This document shows positions 1 to 12,349 of a stretch of DNA of 64,000 nucleotides, piece by piece. Each line of letters starts with the position of its first letter. Within the stretch, counting starts at the first letter, position 1. Source of the DNA: Octopus vulgaris (taxonomy: Eukaryota). The stretch is taken from assembly GCA_951406725.2 (NCBI GenBank), contig OX597838.1, positions 10,354,001 through 10,418,000 on the forward strand. Reading direction: 5' to 3'. The translations under genes were made by a program, and so were the position numbers. The notes below the pieces were generated by a model. The model worked only from the letters and a program-made list of their open reading frames with translations. It did no database searches and was not told where the DNA came from.

Positions 1-1616
1 TATGAATAAATAAGCATTACATTTGATAGAATAATCTGAATGCTAAAGGGTTAGATTGGCTGTGGACACTTATATTTAAGCACATTTTTTTCCAATAAAA
101 TAAAAATTGCTTTTAAAAATATAGGTTACCTGTTAAAATTTGTTGATAGAATTTTTTACAAAGAATTATATTTTATATAATAATCAAGGATTATTCAAGT
201 TGAAAGTAAGGTTAATTTCTCATGTGAAAGAGATCGACTACATTTTTCATAACTTGTTCGTGTAAATGATCAGTCACCCATGGTGACGAGAGAATGGCCT
301 CCCATCATCAACGTGGACAAAAAATGTATTTATTTAAAAATAAAAGATACGTTTATTTTAGATTTCTGAATCTCAATTTTTATTGTTTTCTCTCTCTCAA
401 GATATGGATTAGCATATTTACAATTAAGAAACAAAAGTCTTCATTATGTTTAATATGACTGTTTTTTTTTTTTAACTTTAATTATTTCACCATTTCTTTT
501 ATCGTTTGTTCCAGTCATTTGACAGCAGCCATGCTGGAGCACTTCTCTGCTTTGCAACCATTTGGTTTTGGAGTCAATTTTCACTATGTGGCACCTTGGG
601 CAAGTGCCTTCTGCTATAGTCCTGTGCTGAGCAATGCCTTGTAAGTGAAGTTGGTAGGCAGAAACTATATAGAAGCTCATTGTACACTTAGGTTTGTGTT
701 TCCCCGACCACCACAACAACCAATACCACTTGGTGATCAGTGTCGGTTTGTTTATGTCCCTGTAATGTAGTGGTTTGAAAAAAGATGCTGACAAAATAAG
801 TGCTTCTTGCTTCGCTTGCTTGCTTCATGCTTGGATCATCCCAGATCAGTGGTCCCAGAGGCATCATCATGTGTAGAGCTGACCAGGTCTACCAGTTCTC
901 TCTATTGCTGGCAGTCCCATGCCAGTCCCTCTACAACCTCCAAGGTGACCCTTCTGGGGCTTGCGTGTTCCATAGATCCAAGAGAGCATTATCACCTGGA
1001 GCTTTGCTCCTAGTAGGGCCACCCTAGGTGAGCCAGTTCTCAACTAATGGTGATACCAGGATTGCAACCATGTTGTTCTGCAGAGGACCAACAACCCACG
1101 CAGAAGAATCCTCAACCTGTTATGATACCAACCAGAAAAAAACCCCAGACTGCCCAACATCAGAATGGACCCCCTCACATGCCCTTGACCAATAAGATAG
1201 ACTATGTACCAGACTTGAAAGAAATAAGTATTGGGGTTGATTTGTTTGAGTAAATCCTTCAAGGTGGTGCTCCAGCATGGTTGCAGCCCAGTGATTAAAA
1301 CACAAAGATAAATATAGGTGCATGTGTGACTGTGTGGTAAGGAGTATGTTTTCCAACCACATACTTCCAGGTTCAGTCCCACTGCGTGGCACCTTGGGCA
1401 AGTGTCTTCCCCTATAGCTGCAGGCTGACCAAAGCCTTGTGAGTGGATTTATTTGGTAGACGTAAACTGAAAGAAACCTGTCACACACACACATATACAT
1501 TTATACGGATATTGTATATATAATCATCGTATATGTATAGATATGTGTGTGTCTTTGCCCCCCATTCACTGCCTAGGGAACTAGTTTTGGTGTGCTCATG
1601 TCTTCATAACTTAGCA

Positions 1617-1984
1617 GTTGTGGTAAGTAGCTTGCTAACCAACCACATGGTTCCGGGTTCAGTCCCACTGCGTGGCATCTTGGGCAAGTGTCTTCTGCTA
1701 TAGCCCCGGGCCGACCAATGCCTTGTGAGTGGATTTGGTAGACGGAAACTCAAAGAAGCCTGCCGTATATATGTATATATATATGTGTATGTTTGTCCCC
1801 CTAGCATTGCTTGATAACCGATGCTGGTGTGTTTACGTCCCCATCACTTAGCGGTTCGGCAAAAGAGATCGATAGAATAAGTACTAGGCTTACAAAGAAT
1901 AAGTCCCGGGGTCGATTTGCTCGACTAAAGGCGGTGCTCCAGCATGGCCACAGTCAAATGACTGAAACAAGTAAAAGAGTAAGT
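1617..1984 (+). mobile_element. tRNA-derived SINE, family A (5'-clipped)
   Basis: A/B-box head (TGTGGTAAG...GGTTCAGTCCC), internal (TA)n, tail GGCGGTGCTCCAGCATGGCC...GAAACAAGTAAAAGAG; near-identical to other copies in the window. Confidence 0.85.
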
Positions 1985-2226
1985 ACCTGACTTACAAACA
2001 AAAGTACTGTGATTGATTCATTTGACTAAAAATTCCTCGAGGCAGTGCCCCGGCATGGCCACAGTCTACTAACTGAAACGAGTAAAATCTGTGTGACCCA
2101 GTCAAGCATAAATAAGAGAAACATTAAAACAACGGCAGTGGCAGGAATTTCATCTGACTGTAAAATCTTGCTTCAGAATAACTCCCTATTCGACCCTAGG
2201 CTTCCATGGGAAAGCAAACACGAAAC

Positions 2227-2341
2227 ACGGCCATATCACGTTGAAAGCACCGGTTCTTGTCCGATCACCGAAGTTAAGCAACATCGAGCCTAGTTAGTAC
2301 TTAGATGGGTGACCGCTTGGGAAACCTAGGTGCTGTAAGCA
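2227..2341 (+). pseudogene. 5S rRNA-derived sequence (pseudogene or SINE3 head)
   Basis: ACGGCCATATCACGTTGAAAGCACCGGTTCTTGTCCGATCACCGAAGTTAAGC...TAGTACTTAGATGGGTGACCGCTTGGGAA...GTGCTGTAAGCA is colinear with metazoan 5S rRNA. The first ~4 nt are missing, there are two apparent CpG-decay changes, and no T4+ terminator follows. Confidence 0.88.
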
Positions 2342-2483
2342 TTACCTTTGTAATGGCGGTGTCCCAGCATGGCCACAGCTCATTAGCTGAAACTGGAAAA
2401 ATCAAAATCAAAAAACAAACAAACAAAAAAAAAAAGTCATTTTTAAGGAAAAAGCATTTAATAACCAAACTTGAATATTTGTT

Positions 2484-5400
2484 TTAATACTTGGTTTTAT
2501 GCCGACGGTGATTGTAGAATTTATAAAGATATTTAATTCTCTTTCGTAATTTGTGATGTTTCGTTGGATAATAAAACCTCAAGTGATGGCCTTCGTATTT
2601 AATTTGACGTATCAATCGTTGCATCTCGTTTCCCTTGAATCCTTTCAACCAGGGTGGACCTTGGATCAAATCCTTTGGAGTGACTTTGCCATCACCGAGT
2701 ATATCTAAAGACAAAAAAAAAAGTCGAAGACTGTATCAAAATACATACACAGAGACATACAAACAAAGTTTATTATATTTAACCCCAGGCCAGCACTGAT
2801 CATAGACACCTATTGCTCAAAAGCAGTGCCCTGCAACCTTTTTTACACTTGCAGTACACTTATGTCCTTTTCAAAATTCAGTTGCACACCTGAACAAGAG
2901 TATAACTAAAAGCATAAGGAAAAAAATTACATTCAGGTTACATTGTGACACCCCTGACATCGTCTCATGGCACACCAGTGTGCCATGGCATACTGGGTGT
3001 GGAGCACTGCTCAAGAGGATCATCACATCTTATGAGATACAGAAGTGTACATTAACTAATGCATCCTTTATATTTATTAAAGCTGAAGTGAGTATAGAGA
3101 GATTTGACTGCTCTTTCTACTAAGTTGAGTGACCAATTAGAGGTTCACTCATATATGTTTTGGAGGCAATTGTATCTCATCCAAAGACATGATACCTTTG
3201 AATGCTTATTCAACTTGCAGAGCCAAGTTCAAAGACTGCTGGTTTGAAGAAGCTGCAAAGCGGTCTTCATCTGTAGTGGGAGAAGTTTGATACGTGGTCC
3301 TTTGCTATTCGTAAGACCCACAGAAGAGAAAGCAGGTCAACCCCTGACACCAAGAGCATCGAAGGATGGATGAATGTGCATCCAGGCTCAGCGGTTGCGT
3401 AGGAAGTCGGGGACAAGAAACAGGAAGAAAGAGTGAGAGAAAAATGGAACGAAAGAGTACAACAGGAGTCGCCACCCCCCACCACCCTGCAGGAGCCTTG
3501 TGGAGCTTTAGGTGTTTTCGCTCAATAAACACACACAACGCCCAGTCTGGGAATCGAAACCGCGATCCTCCAACCGCGAGTCCGCTGCCCTAACAACTGG
3601 GCCATTGCACCTCCACTGAAGAAGCTCTTTCAGACTAGTGTTCTCTGTGTCTTTGTATATTTTGCTATTGGATTCAGCTTCTGGTTCTGATCACAGGCCA
3701 TATTTGGCAGCTTATGTGTAACACTATATCTACCATCAACATCAGCAGGAGGAAGATATCTTAATGAACTATGGCGGATTTCACAATTCTGAACAGTTAA
3801 ATTCACATCCTCCATTGGTATAGTGTACAGCTTATATTGATAAGTCCCTTAACACCCTGCGGGTCATTGAGGTGTTGCAGCCATGCAGCGTATCTTGGGC
3901 AAGAAAGCCTGGCAGGGGCCATCCCTCACCAGGCTAAGCTTATTTCTACAGCTGAGTGGACTGGAGCAACATGAAATGAAGTGCTTTGCTCAAGAGCACA
4001 ACACATCACCTGGTCCAGGAATTGAAACCACAATCTTAGGTTTGTGAGTCCAACACACTAACCACTAAGTCACGTACCTCCACACAGCTTATATGACAGC
4101 TACCAAAAACTAAATTGTGACCAAAATAAGAAAAAATACCAATTAAGCACATAAACAGAGGAATATCCATCATCATCTTTTAATGTCCACGCCGATGCCA
4201 GCGCCGCCTCGACTGGCTTCCGTGTCGGTGGCACGTAAAAAGCACCATCCGAATCGTGGCCGAAGCCAGTGCCGCCCTGACTGGCTTCCGTGCCGGTGGC
4301 ACATAAAATGCACCAATCCGACCGTGGCCGATGCCAGCCTTGCCAGGCACCAGTGCAGGTGGCACGTAAAAAGCACCCACTACACTCACGGAGTGGTTGG
4401 CGTTAGGAAGGGCATCCAGCTGTAGAAACATTGCCAGATAAGACCGGAGCCTGGTGCAGCCTTCTGGCTTCCCAGATCTCCGGTCGAACCGTCCAACCCA
4501 TGCTAGCATGGAGAACGGACGTTAAACGATGATGATGATGATGATGATTTTCCATGCTTGCATGGGTTAGTGGGATTTTACTGAGGCAGAATTCTATGGC
4601 CAGGTACTCTTGTGGCCTGTGACATGTAAAAGGCACCCACTAAACTCTGTGGAGTGATTGGTATTAGGAAGGGCATCCAGCTGTAGAAACCGAGTCAAAA
4701 CAGACTGGGGCTTCGTGCAATTTTCCAGTTTACCAGTTCCAGTCAAACTGTCTAACCCATGCCAGCATGGAAAACAGATTCTAAATGATGATGATGATGA
4801 TGATGATGATGACAGTGCCAATGATGATGATGTAGGTAAGAAAATCATTATTTACCAATATAATCATTTTGTCCAAACAAAGCCTTCTTTTTTACCCAGT
4901 TTTCTGGAACTTTATAGGCTTTCAGTGATCGCAATGGATTATCAGTATCGGGGCGAGGTAGAAGTCCTGCAAATCAGATATAGTGAAAGAAAGAAAGAAA
5001 AAAAAAACATAAAAAACAAATCTTTTTTGTTCTATTCACAGCAAACAGTAAACAAAAATAAATTACACATTTTTACATAGCACAAGGTCAAAGGCCAAAA
5101 AGTCTCCCAATGTGAAGTTGTGACTGAATCACCACTTCACATTGGGATGTCACAGTCCTGGTACTATAGAATGTTGCAGGAGAGAATCGCAAGGTGGATT
5201 CTTCAAGCCCAGCCAACTGACAGAAGAACCAGGAGTAGACTAAGAAGAAGGCTGTATGGTAAGAAGCTTTCTTCCCAACCACATGGTTCCAAGTTCAGTT
5301 CCATTGCATAGCACCTTGGGCAAGTTTTCTTCTACTATAACCTCAGGCTGGCTAAAGTCTACTGAGTGGATTTGGTAGGCAGGAACTGAAAAACAACCTG

Positions 5401-6652
5401 TGTGTGTGTGTATACAAGGTGTGATGGGTAAATTGTCGCCATTTCGTAATTTTGATTTCACGCATGTGCATTGTCTGTTTTTGATTATACTATACTACAC
5501 AGTATAGTAGGGTCAGTTGGGCACTGTCTGTGAGAAAAACAGCTCCATGACGCAATTCACTCTGCCAAAAATTTGGAAATGACATGCTGTATTACTTGGC
5601 ACCAGAAGCTCTAATACAAACATTTCAGAGTGTTTGGGTGTCAATCTAGGGACAGCGCAGGGGATTCAGAAAGAGTTGGATGAATCTAATGGTGATTACG
5701 AAGGTACAGCAGCTCAAAAAACTCACTCTGATCATTCTGATAAGAAAAGAACTCCTGAATTTGTTGGTGAGATCCAGGCCATGATTGACAACGATCCCTC
5801 CAAGTCAATCAGGTTCATGAAAGTGTCTGAGTTTCAGAATTATCCAACGGAATATATCTTTGAATTCTTATCTTATGAGAACATTACTGGATTTATATAT
5901 TAACTGTTGAATAACCTATTTTGAACCCCTAACTTAGAGCAAACTGGTAATCGTTTTGGGGTAGTCCCTTACTATTTACGAATATACGTTTTATGTGTAT
6001 GCGTCTTTGTGGTTGTCTCCCACCAGTTGACAACTGATGTTGGTTATTTGTATTATCAAAGTTTTCAGTTGGACAAAAAGGAAACCAGACTTTAACCCTT
6101 TAGCATTTAAACCGGCCATATCCGTCCAAAAGTATTCTGCCTGTTTTATGTTCAAACTGGCCAGATCTGGTCTCTCACACCAACCCTACAATATCATTTT
6201 AAAAATTAACAGCTACCTCATTAAAATCTCATAGCTACAAGATAATGCAGGATTAGCTCAAGGCAATGTGGATAAAAAAGGATTAATTTTGACAGAATGA
6301 TGCGAACACTAAAGGGTTAAAATATTTCCAAAGCTCTTTAAGACGCTGCCCTGGCATGGCAGTAGTTCAATAACCAAAACAAGAAAAAGAATAAAAGAAT
6401 CTTACCTCCAGTAAAATATTTCGTTTCATAACCATAGCGTTTCCTTCTTGGACTTTTATATGATTTATTTGTAGCAGAATCTGTATTCCATACTTCCGTA
6501 GAATATGCTGTCTGTTGAATAGCAGTCTTGCTGATTGGAACTTTCAGAATACTACAACATTTAGGTACAGAAGTCTCTTGGGTCAGCAGAGGTGTCTGAG
6601 TGAAGAACCTGGCCAAATTTAGCCCATTTTTCCTTATCAGTGAAAGTAGCAT
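2484..6652 (-). CDS. MRPL51: 39S mitochondrial ribosomal protein L51 (mL51); coding exons 6406-6652, 4856-4966, 2484-2704; 192 aa
   Basis: Exons of 247+111+221 = 579 nt join in frame through phase-1 GT-AG introns (GGAG|gtaag, ttgcag|GA, ATTG|gtaaa, ctttag|AT). Spliced protein reads ...YFTGGLLPRP...[49 protein letters not shown]...LRKRIKYLYKFYN, the mL51 family motif. The N-terminus is basic and acid-poor, like a mitochondrial targeting peptide. Confidence 0.93.
2824..3009. mobile_element. hAT-type MITE
   Basis: CAGTG...CACTG imperfect terminal inverted repeats with an 8-bp target-site duplication (ctcaaaag / ctcaagag). Confidence 0.7.
3300..3615 (-). mobile_element. tRNA-derived SINE, third family
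   Basis: Minus-strand head GTGGAGGTGCAATGGCCCAGTTGTTAGGGCAGCGGACTCGCGG...GGTTTCGATTCCC; a head fragment recurs at ~16847-16910. Confidence 0.7.
3880..4085 (-). mobile_element. tRNA-headed SINE, fourth family (copies ~24770-24950, ~32200-32370)
   Basis: Shared core GAGTGGACTGGAGCAACATG...TTGCTCAAGAGCACAAC...AGGAATTGAAACC...CTAACCACTAAG. Confidence 0.65.
4195..4546 (+). mobile_element. (ATG)n-tailed retroposon (SINE or RTE-LINE 3' end) with internal ~55-60 bp repeats
   Basis: Core GGCACGTAAAAAGCACCC...GTTAGGAAGGGCATCCAGCTGTAGAAAC...CCAACCCATGCTAGCATGGA...GGACGTTAAAC(GAT)n. Other copies: 4620-4830, 14510-14718, 39250-39510(-), 40530-40685(-), 48603-48860(-), 51600-51800, 51940-52090, 53905-54040(-), 56273-56520(-). 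Confidence 0.8.
5413..5836 (+). mobile_element. Tc1/mariner transposon 5' remnant with decayed transposase N-terminus (HTH region)
   Basis: Starts after TA. Disrupted frame ...NISECLGVNLGTAQGIQKELDESNGDYEGTAAQKTHSDHSDKKRTPEFVGEIQAMIDNDPSKSIR...VSEF resembles an IS630-Tc1-mariner DNA-binding region; truncated before the catalytic domain. Confidence 0.7.
6092..6320. mobile_element. TTAA-flanked piggyBac-type MITE, family B (related pieces at 1-52, ~25550-25742, ~26850-26990, 27199-27363)
   Basis: ttaaCCCTTTAG...CTAAAGGGttaa termini; internal sequence shared with the other listed copies. Confidence 0.75.
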
Positions 6653-6723
6653 TCTCTCACAAAATTATCCACAAAGATATTTACTAAAAAATAAAAAAAA
6701 ATAAAAAATCATACAATCATATA

Positions 6724-7120
6724 GGCGCAGGAGTGGCTGTGTGGTAAGTAGCTTGCTAACCAACCACATGGTTCCAGGTTCAGTCCCACTGCGTGGCATC
6801 TTGGGCAAGTGTCTTCTGCTAGAGCCCCGGGCCGACCAATGCCTTGTGAATGGATTTGGTAGACGGAAACTGAAAGAAGCCTGTCGTATATATGTATATA
6901 TATATAAGTGTGTGTGTATATGTTTGTGTGTCTGTGTTTTTCCCCTAGCATTGCTTGACAACCGATGCTGATGTCCCCATCACTTAGCGGTTCGGCAAAA
7001 GTGACCGATGGAATAAGTACTGGGCTTACAAAGAATAAGTCCCGGGGTCGATTTGCTCGACTAAAGGCGGTGCTCCAGCATGGCCACAGTCAAATGACTG
7101 AAACAAGTAAAAGAGTAAGT
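6724..7120 (+). mobile_element. tRNA-derived SINE, family A, full length
   Basis: GGCGCAGGAGTGGCTGTGTGGTAAG head through the AAGTAAAAGAGTAA tail. Confidence 0.88.
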
Positions 7121-7429
7121 AAACATGCATGCAATCATATAGATGCATAACAAGATGCAGAAAATAGTATCCGAATGCTAAAGATAAAGTAAAACAGTGT
7201 TTTATTGAAGCTGGAAAGACTTCACAACCAGTCTGATGATCAGTTTTGTGAAACATTTTTTGAAGTTTTACAGCTTCACTGGCTGTCTGCCATAGGTCTG
7301 TGTTCACTGTTCTGTTCAGAAATCATCTCTGGCAGGCCCTCATGTGGGCTACAAGGCCTGCTCTTGATCTGAGGCAGCAATAACATCTGCTGCAGAAAAA
7401 TTTATTTGATGCAATCGAGAAGTGATACC

Positions 7430-7930
7430 TCTCATGTGTATTTACGTATGCTCCTCAATGGCTGTAATTAAGAGCTTCAGCAATTGGTGTTATTCACCAT
7501 GTGGCAGGGCCTGTCTCTCCCAGGAGAATGGGGAATTGCCAAAGATTTTCGTATGTCCCTTTAGCACATCCCTGTTCACAACCTCTGGGTACCATGGGTC
7601 CTATGCTGACACAGTTCAGTGTAGAAAACTGCCCTTGGAAACCTGCTGTCTTCCATCCTGCAAGCAAGACCCACCTAGTGCAGCCGCAATGAGGTAACAA
7701 GGTCCTCCACACTAACTACCCCAGTGTGGTGCAAGACCTCTGCATCAGGAAGAGAATCCCACCATCTAATATCTAAGAGGGAGCGCAGATGATGAAGTTG
7801 GACTTGCATCAGGGCTTGCGGTAGAGGGGCAAGCATTCTGTGACAGAGGCAAGAGAGAGCGAGAGCTATGACACTGTCCAGATTTATCTTCATGTTGTGG
7901 GTAATGTCATGCAGCTCCAAAAACACTCAT
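7430..7930 (-). mobile_element. Decayed RTE-clade LINE, reverse transcriptase C-terminal region
   Basis: HHLRSLLDIRWWDSLPDAEVLHHTGVVSVEDLVTSLRLH resembles the RTE motif FHxRCLRxILxIxWxDxxxNxEVL; interrupted by stops. Confidence 0.65.
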
Positions 7931-8316
7931 CATCAGTTATATATATATATATATATTAGTAGGCATCCTTAGTCTCAATAGACCATGGATCTGTGCCCAA
8001 AGTGCGGCTGTAGAGGCCCACACAAGAGTGGTAGTCATGCATACTTCAAGAGATATGAAAATATATATGTGTGTGTGTGTATGGTTAAGAATCTTGTCTG
8101 GCAAGCATGAAGTTTTGGGTTCAGCCCCACTGCATATCACCTTGGGTAAGTGTCTTCTACTATAGTCCCATAGGAACCAAAGCCTTGTGAGTGGACTTGA
8201 TAAACAGAAACTGTGTAGAAGCCCATTGCATATATATATATATGTAGTGTGTGTATATATATATATATATACTTAGTGTGCGTGTATATATGTATATATA
8301 TATATATATATATACG

Positions 8317-8354
<38 letters not shown>

Positions 8355-9723
8355 GTAGTAAAATCAATAAAAAGAGTACTGTGTAAACTTTCTATTAGTT
8401 AAAAAGACTGGATGGAGGACGTAAAACTCTGCGGTCTTTCATATTTTTCCCTCAATAAGGACACTGTCCAAAATATTGGATTTCCTCATTGCAAGTTAAC
8501 TGTATTCCTTTTATCAATTTTACTACAGAAGAGTTGCCAACACCAGCCTCTTTGGAGTCTGTTTTATCCTATATCTTTTACATATTTCAATCATTAGACT
8601 GCGGCCATGCTGGAACAAGCCTTGAAGAATTTTTAGTCGAATGAATTGACCCTAGTACTTATTTTTTTAAACCCTGGTAGTTATTCTATTGGTCTCTTTT
8701 GCTAAACTGCCAAGTTACAGGGGTCATAAACACACTGACACCAGTTGTCAAATGGTGGCAGGGGACATACACATAGGTACATTATATATATGATGGGCTT
8801 CTTTCAGTTTCCATCTCCCAAAATCCAATCACAATGCTTTGGTTGGCCTGAGGCTGTAGAAGATACTAGCCCAAAGTACAGATATATAGATATATGTGTG
8901 TGTGTGTGCCTGTATTTGTTCATCATTGCTTGACAACCAGTGTTGGATTGTCCACATCCATGTAACTTAGCAGTTCAGCAGGAGGGTCCCTCAAAAGTGC
9001 TGCAACGGACCGGCATCCCGTTCAGGGGAATGATGTGATCTTGGTCACTTATAAGCAATGGAAACCGAATCACCGATATTACGAGCTCTAGAAAAATAAT
9101 AATGATTTCAAATTTTGGCACAAGACAAGCAAGTTCGTGGGGGAGTGGGTAAGTCGATTTGATCGATCCCAGTGCTTGACTGGTACTTATTTTATCGACC
9201 CCGAAAGGATGAAAATCAAAGTCGACCTTCGCGGAATTTGAACTCACAACGTGAAGACGGAGACAAAATGCTGCTAAGCATTTCTCCCGCCGGACGAACG
9301 ATTCTGCCAGCTCGTAGCCTTTCCTAGAAAAATAATTGAAGAAAATAAAACAATCTCTCTCTAAACAAGGCCTACCACCTTTAATCAAGGACATATAGGC
9401 AATCTTTCGCCGACACATAACGAATAATGAAGTTTTAGAAACATCGTCTGAGAACAACGAATACATTGGATGGTCATGGCTGGAACGCTTTAATAATAGG
9501 CCGGTAGGACTGTTTGATGAGGGTTAAGCAACACCAGCAACTCCAGGAGACTTCTCATTAAGGAAAGGTCAACCAACTTCATATGAATCCAGTGAATAGA
9601 GTGATGTGCTGTAAATATATATATCTTAATTCTGATCGTTATTTCAATACGGCATCAAGATATCTCCAATAAAAACAAAAAACGAACAATACACTTATTA
9701 TATATATATATGTATTCACTTAC

Positions 9724-9997
9724 CCGAAGGTTGATCAATGCTTGAAATATAAAAATCTATTAAAAACGTGTTTTCTAAGCAGAAAACATCTTTTTTTATA
9801 CAGAGCTAGCCACAGTTAACGATTCCAATCCCTTTAACTGCAGCCGGAGATTTCGTAGTAGTTTCGGTTTGTTTCGTCTGGATTAATTTATCGCTTAGTT
9901 TGCGCTATCAACCTCTAAAACTGATCTGAAAAGAAAAGTAAGAAGAGAAAATTGAACCTCATCGATACAGATCCGACCTTAGTCTTCGATATTTTAG
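9724..9997. promoter_or_regulatory. Putative bidirectional promoter with outward-facing non-coding first exons
   Basis: Minus-strand donor cgg|gtaagt at 9724/9723 could pair with the acceptor at 6684-6685 just upstream of the MRPL51 ATG; plus-strand donor tag|gtgagt at 9997/9998. CpG-retaining, repeat-free interval. Confidence 0.45.
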
Positions 9998-10791
9998 GTG
10001 AGTTTGGGGGGGGGTTTTGCCCCCTCTTTTTTTAAATTAAAATGCTTTGCTTTCTTCAGATGTGTTTTGCTCTTTGCACATTTTATATGCAAATCCTTTT
10101 TTACGTTTATAGGTTTTGTCTTCTTAAAAGAGTTTCCTTATTTTTGTCTAATTGATTCCTTTTGCAATGCACACAACAGACACACACAAAGCCTTTTGCC
10201 TTAGATGTTTTATTATTACAAGGCTTGTTGGATAGAATGATGTTATTATTATTATTATATGATGTTCGTGGTTTGAGAAATAGAAAAAAACATGGACAAC
10301 ATAACGAAAATCACTACAGAACAGAATCGAAGTATCTTTTTTTTTTATTATAGTTAATGCACTTTAAGGCGAATTCCTCTCTTCTCTACCACCGCTCTCC
10401 CTATACATACCTGCACACACACACACATATATATATATATACATACATACACACACACACACATATATATATATATACATACACACACATATATATATGT
10501 ATATATATATATACACACACACACACATATATATATATATACACACACACACATATACATACACACACACACACACACACACTATATATATATATATACA
10601 TACACACACAGACATATATATATATGTCCAATAAAACTTATTTGTTGAAAAGGTAGTCTTATACATGCTAACACACGTGAAAATATTTCAAATATTTGTA
10701 TAAATTATAAATGTAAGGCTATATATATATATATAGGTTTTGGATTTGGTTTGCAAGATTCTTTATATGAGTTGGTGTGTTGAAGCATATT

Positions 10792-10911
10792 CTGTTGTGT
10801 CTGGGGAGAGTCATTTGTGTTTTTGTGCCTTATAATGTAATGGGAATTTTACCGGTGAGTGTGTTACATTATAAGGCACAAAAAGAAAATGACTCTCCCC
10901 AGACACAACAG
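10792..10911. repeat. Hairpin, ~49-bp arms and 23-nt loop
   Basis: 10792-10840 pairs with 10864-10911 except for one small internal mismatch/indel patch. Confidence 0.93.
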
Positions 10912-10913
10912 TG

Positions 10914-10959
<46 letters not shown>

Positions 10960-11122
10960 GGCGTGTTTTTCGTATGTAACAGTCGAATGTAAATCGAAGG
11001 ATCACCGAATACGTTTCAGTAAAGTATTCTGTTTCTTTTTACTAGGAAAAGGTTAATAGTTATCTCGTAGTTTCTGTTTTGTTGCCTTCGCGGTAAATGT
11101 CAGCCTTTTCACCTGTAAAAAC

Positions 11123-11153
<31 letters not shown>

Positions 11154-11670
11154 GTGTGTGTATGTGTTGTTTGTATTAGGAGATAAATACACGACATTTA
11201 TTTTTTATTGCAAGATGTAATTAAATCAAGTTTGTCTCGTCTTTCTAGTGTGCAAAGATCAGTCGGTAAAGTAAATTTTTTAAAAATTCATGAGTATTTA
11301 AGATTATTTAGTTATTTCAACGACAGCAATTAATGACTGCGTTATTAAATTTTTACAATGACTCATTAGAAAACATTATGATCTAAATAGTTTGTTTTTT
11401 TATTCGTCTTTGAAAGTAAAAAACCAAATTTTTTTTCAAATTAGGACAATCATCGGATGTTAGTGAAAATTAAAATAAATTACGTTATTGTCTCCCTTTA
11501 GTGCAAATCTACCAAAAACGCTGTTGTCTCCCTTCGTGGGGGGTTAAAAGAAAGGGAAACGAAACCCCTTGACCGGGGCGCGTTCTGTGGCCGCCCTTCA
11601 TTTTAACGTTTAATCTCACGTAATTCATGTAGATAAGGCCTTCGTTAAAAGCTAAAATGAATAAATCAGC

Positions 11671-12186
11671 CGGCGATCTTTCGTCTCTAGTAGACCTTTC
11701 CGTCGATTTCCGTAAAAAAAATTTTTTTTTTTTACATATGGGCTTGCGGGAACTTTTGAAGTAATGAGAGCGAAAGAGACTAAGAGAAAGCGATTGTATG
11801 ACATACACACACACATACATAGATACATACACACACACACATACATGCATACATACATATACACATACACCGAGTAAAAAATTTCAGTTATCTCTTTCTT
11901 TCACACATTACTCTGTCTCTTCACACACACTAACAGAAGCACTTCACTTACACAACATACTGTCTGTCTCCCACACCCCATCAAACACACACACACACAC
12001 ACACACATGTACATCAATGCTTCCCATGCACGGTAACTTCAAAAGAATTTCCCTCGTCATACAATCGCTTTCTCTTAGTCTCTTTCGCTCTCATTACTTC
12101 AAAAGTTCCCGCAAGCCCATATGTAAAAAAAAAAAAAATTTTTACGGAAATCGACGGAAAGGTCTACTAGAGACGAAAGATTGCCG
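11671..12186. repeat. Inverted repeat, arms 11671-11802 and 12056-12186
   Basis: Arms are reverse complements apart from the A/T homopolymer tract and one substitution; ~253-bp CA-rich spacer. Confidence 0.95.
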
Positions 12187-12349
12187 TTTCAATTTCCTTT
12201 CAACTCGATTAGCATGTCTCATGGACGCCCTACTGCTCCTCCTCGTTGTATTGGTAAATCACAACGAAATACTTACAGATCAGCAGATAATCAATGAAGG
12301 GCATACAATTACTGGCTGGATCTTTGTTAGATTCAACGACTTATTCTTT

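Noticed and set aside
1604-1807. Recurrent ORFs RQASFSFRLPNPLTRHWSARGYSRRHLPK and FLQLDALPNANHS
   Set aside because: Antisense translations of SINE and retroposon copies, not a gene family.
2227-2341. Functional 5S rRNA gene
   Set aside because: The 5' strand of helix I is clipped, there is apparent CpG decay, no oligo-T terminator and no tandem array.
6724-6800. tRNA genes at SINE heads
   Set aside because: A/B boxes are present, but there is no complete cloverleaf and each runs into a SINE body.
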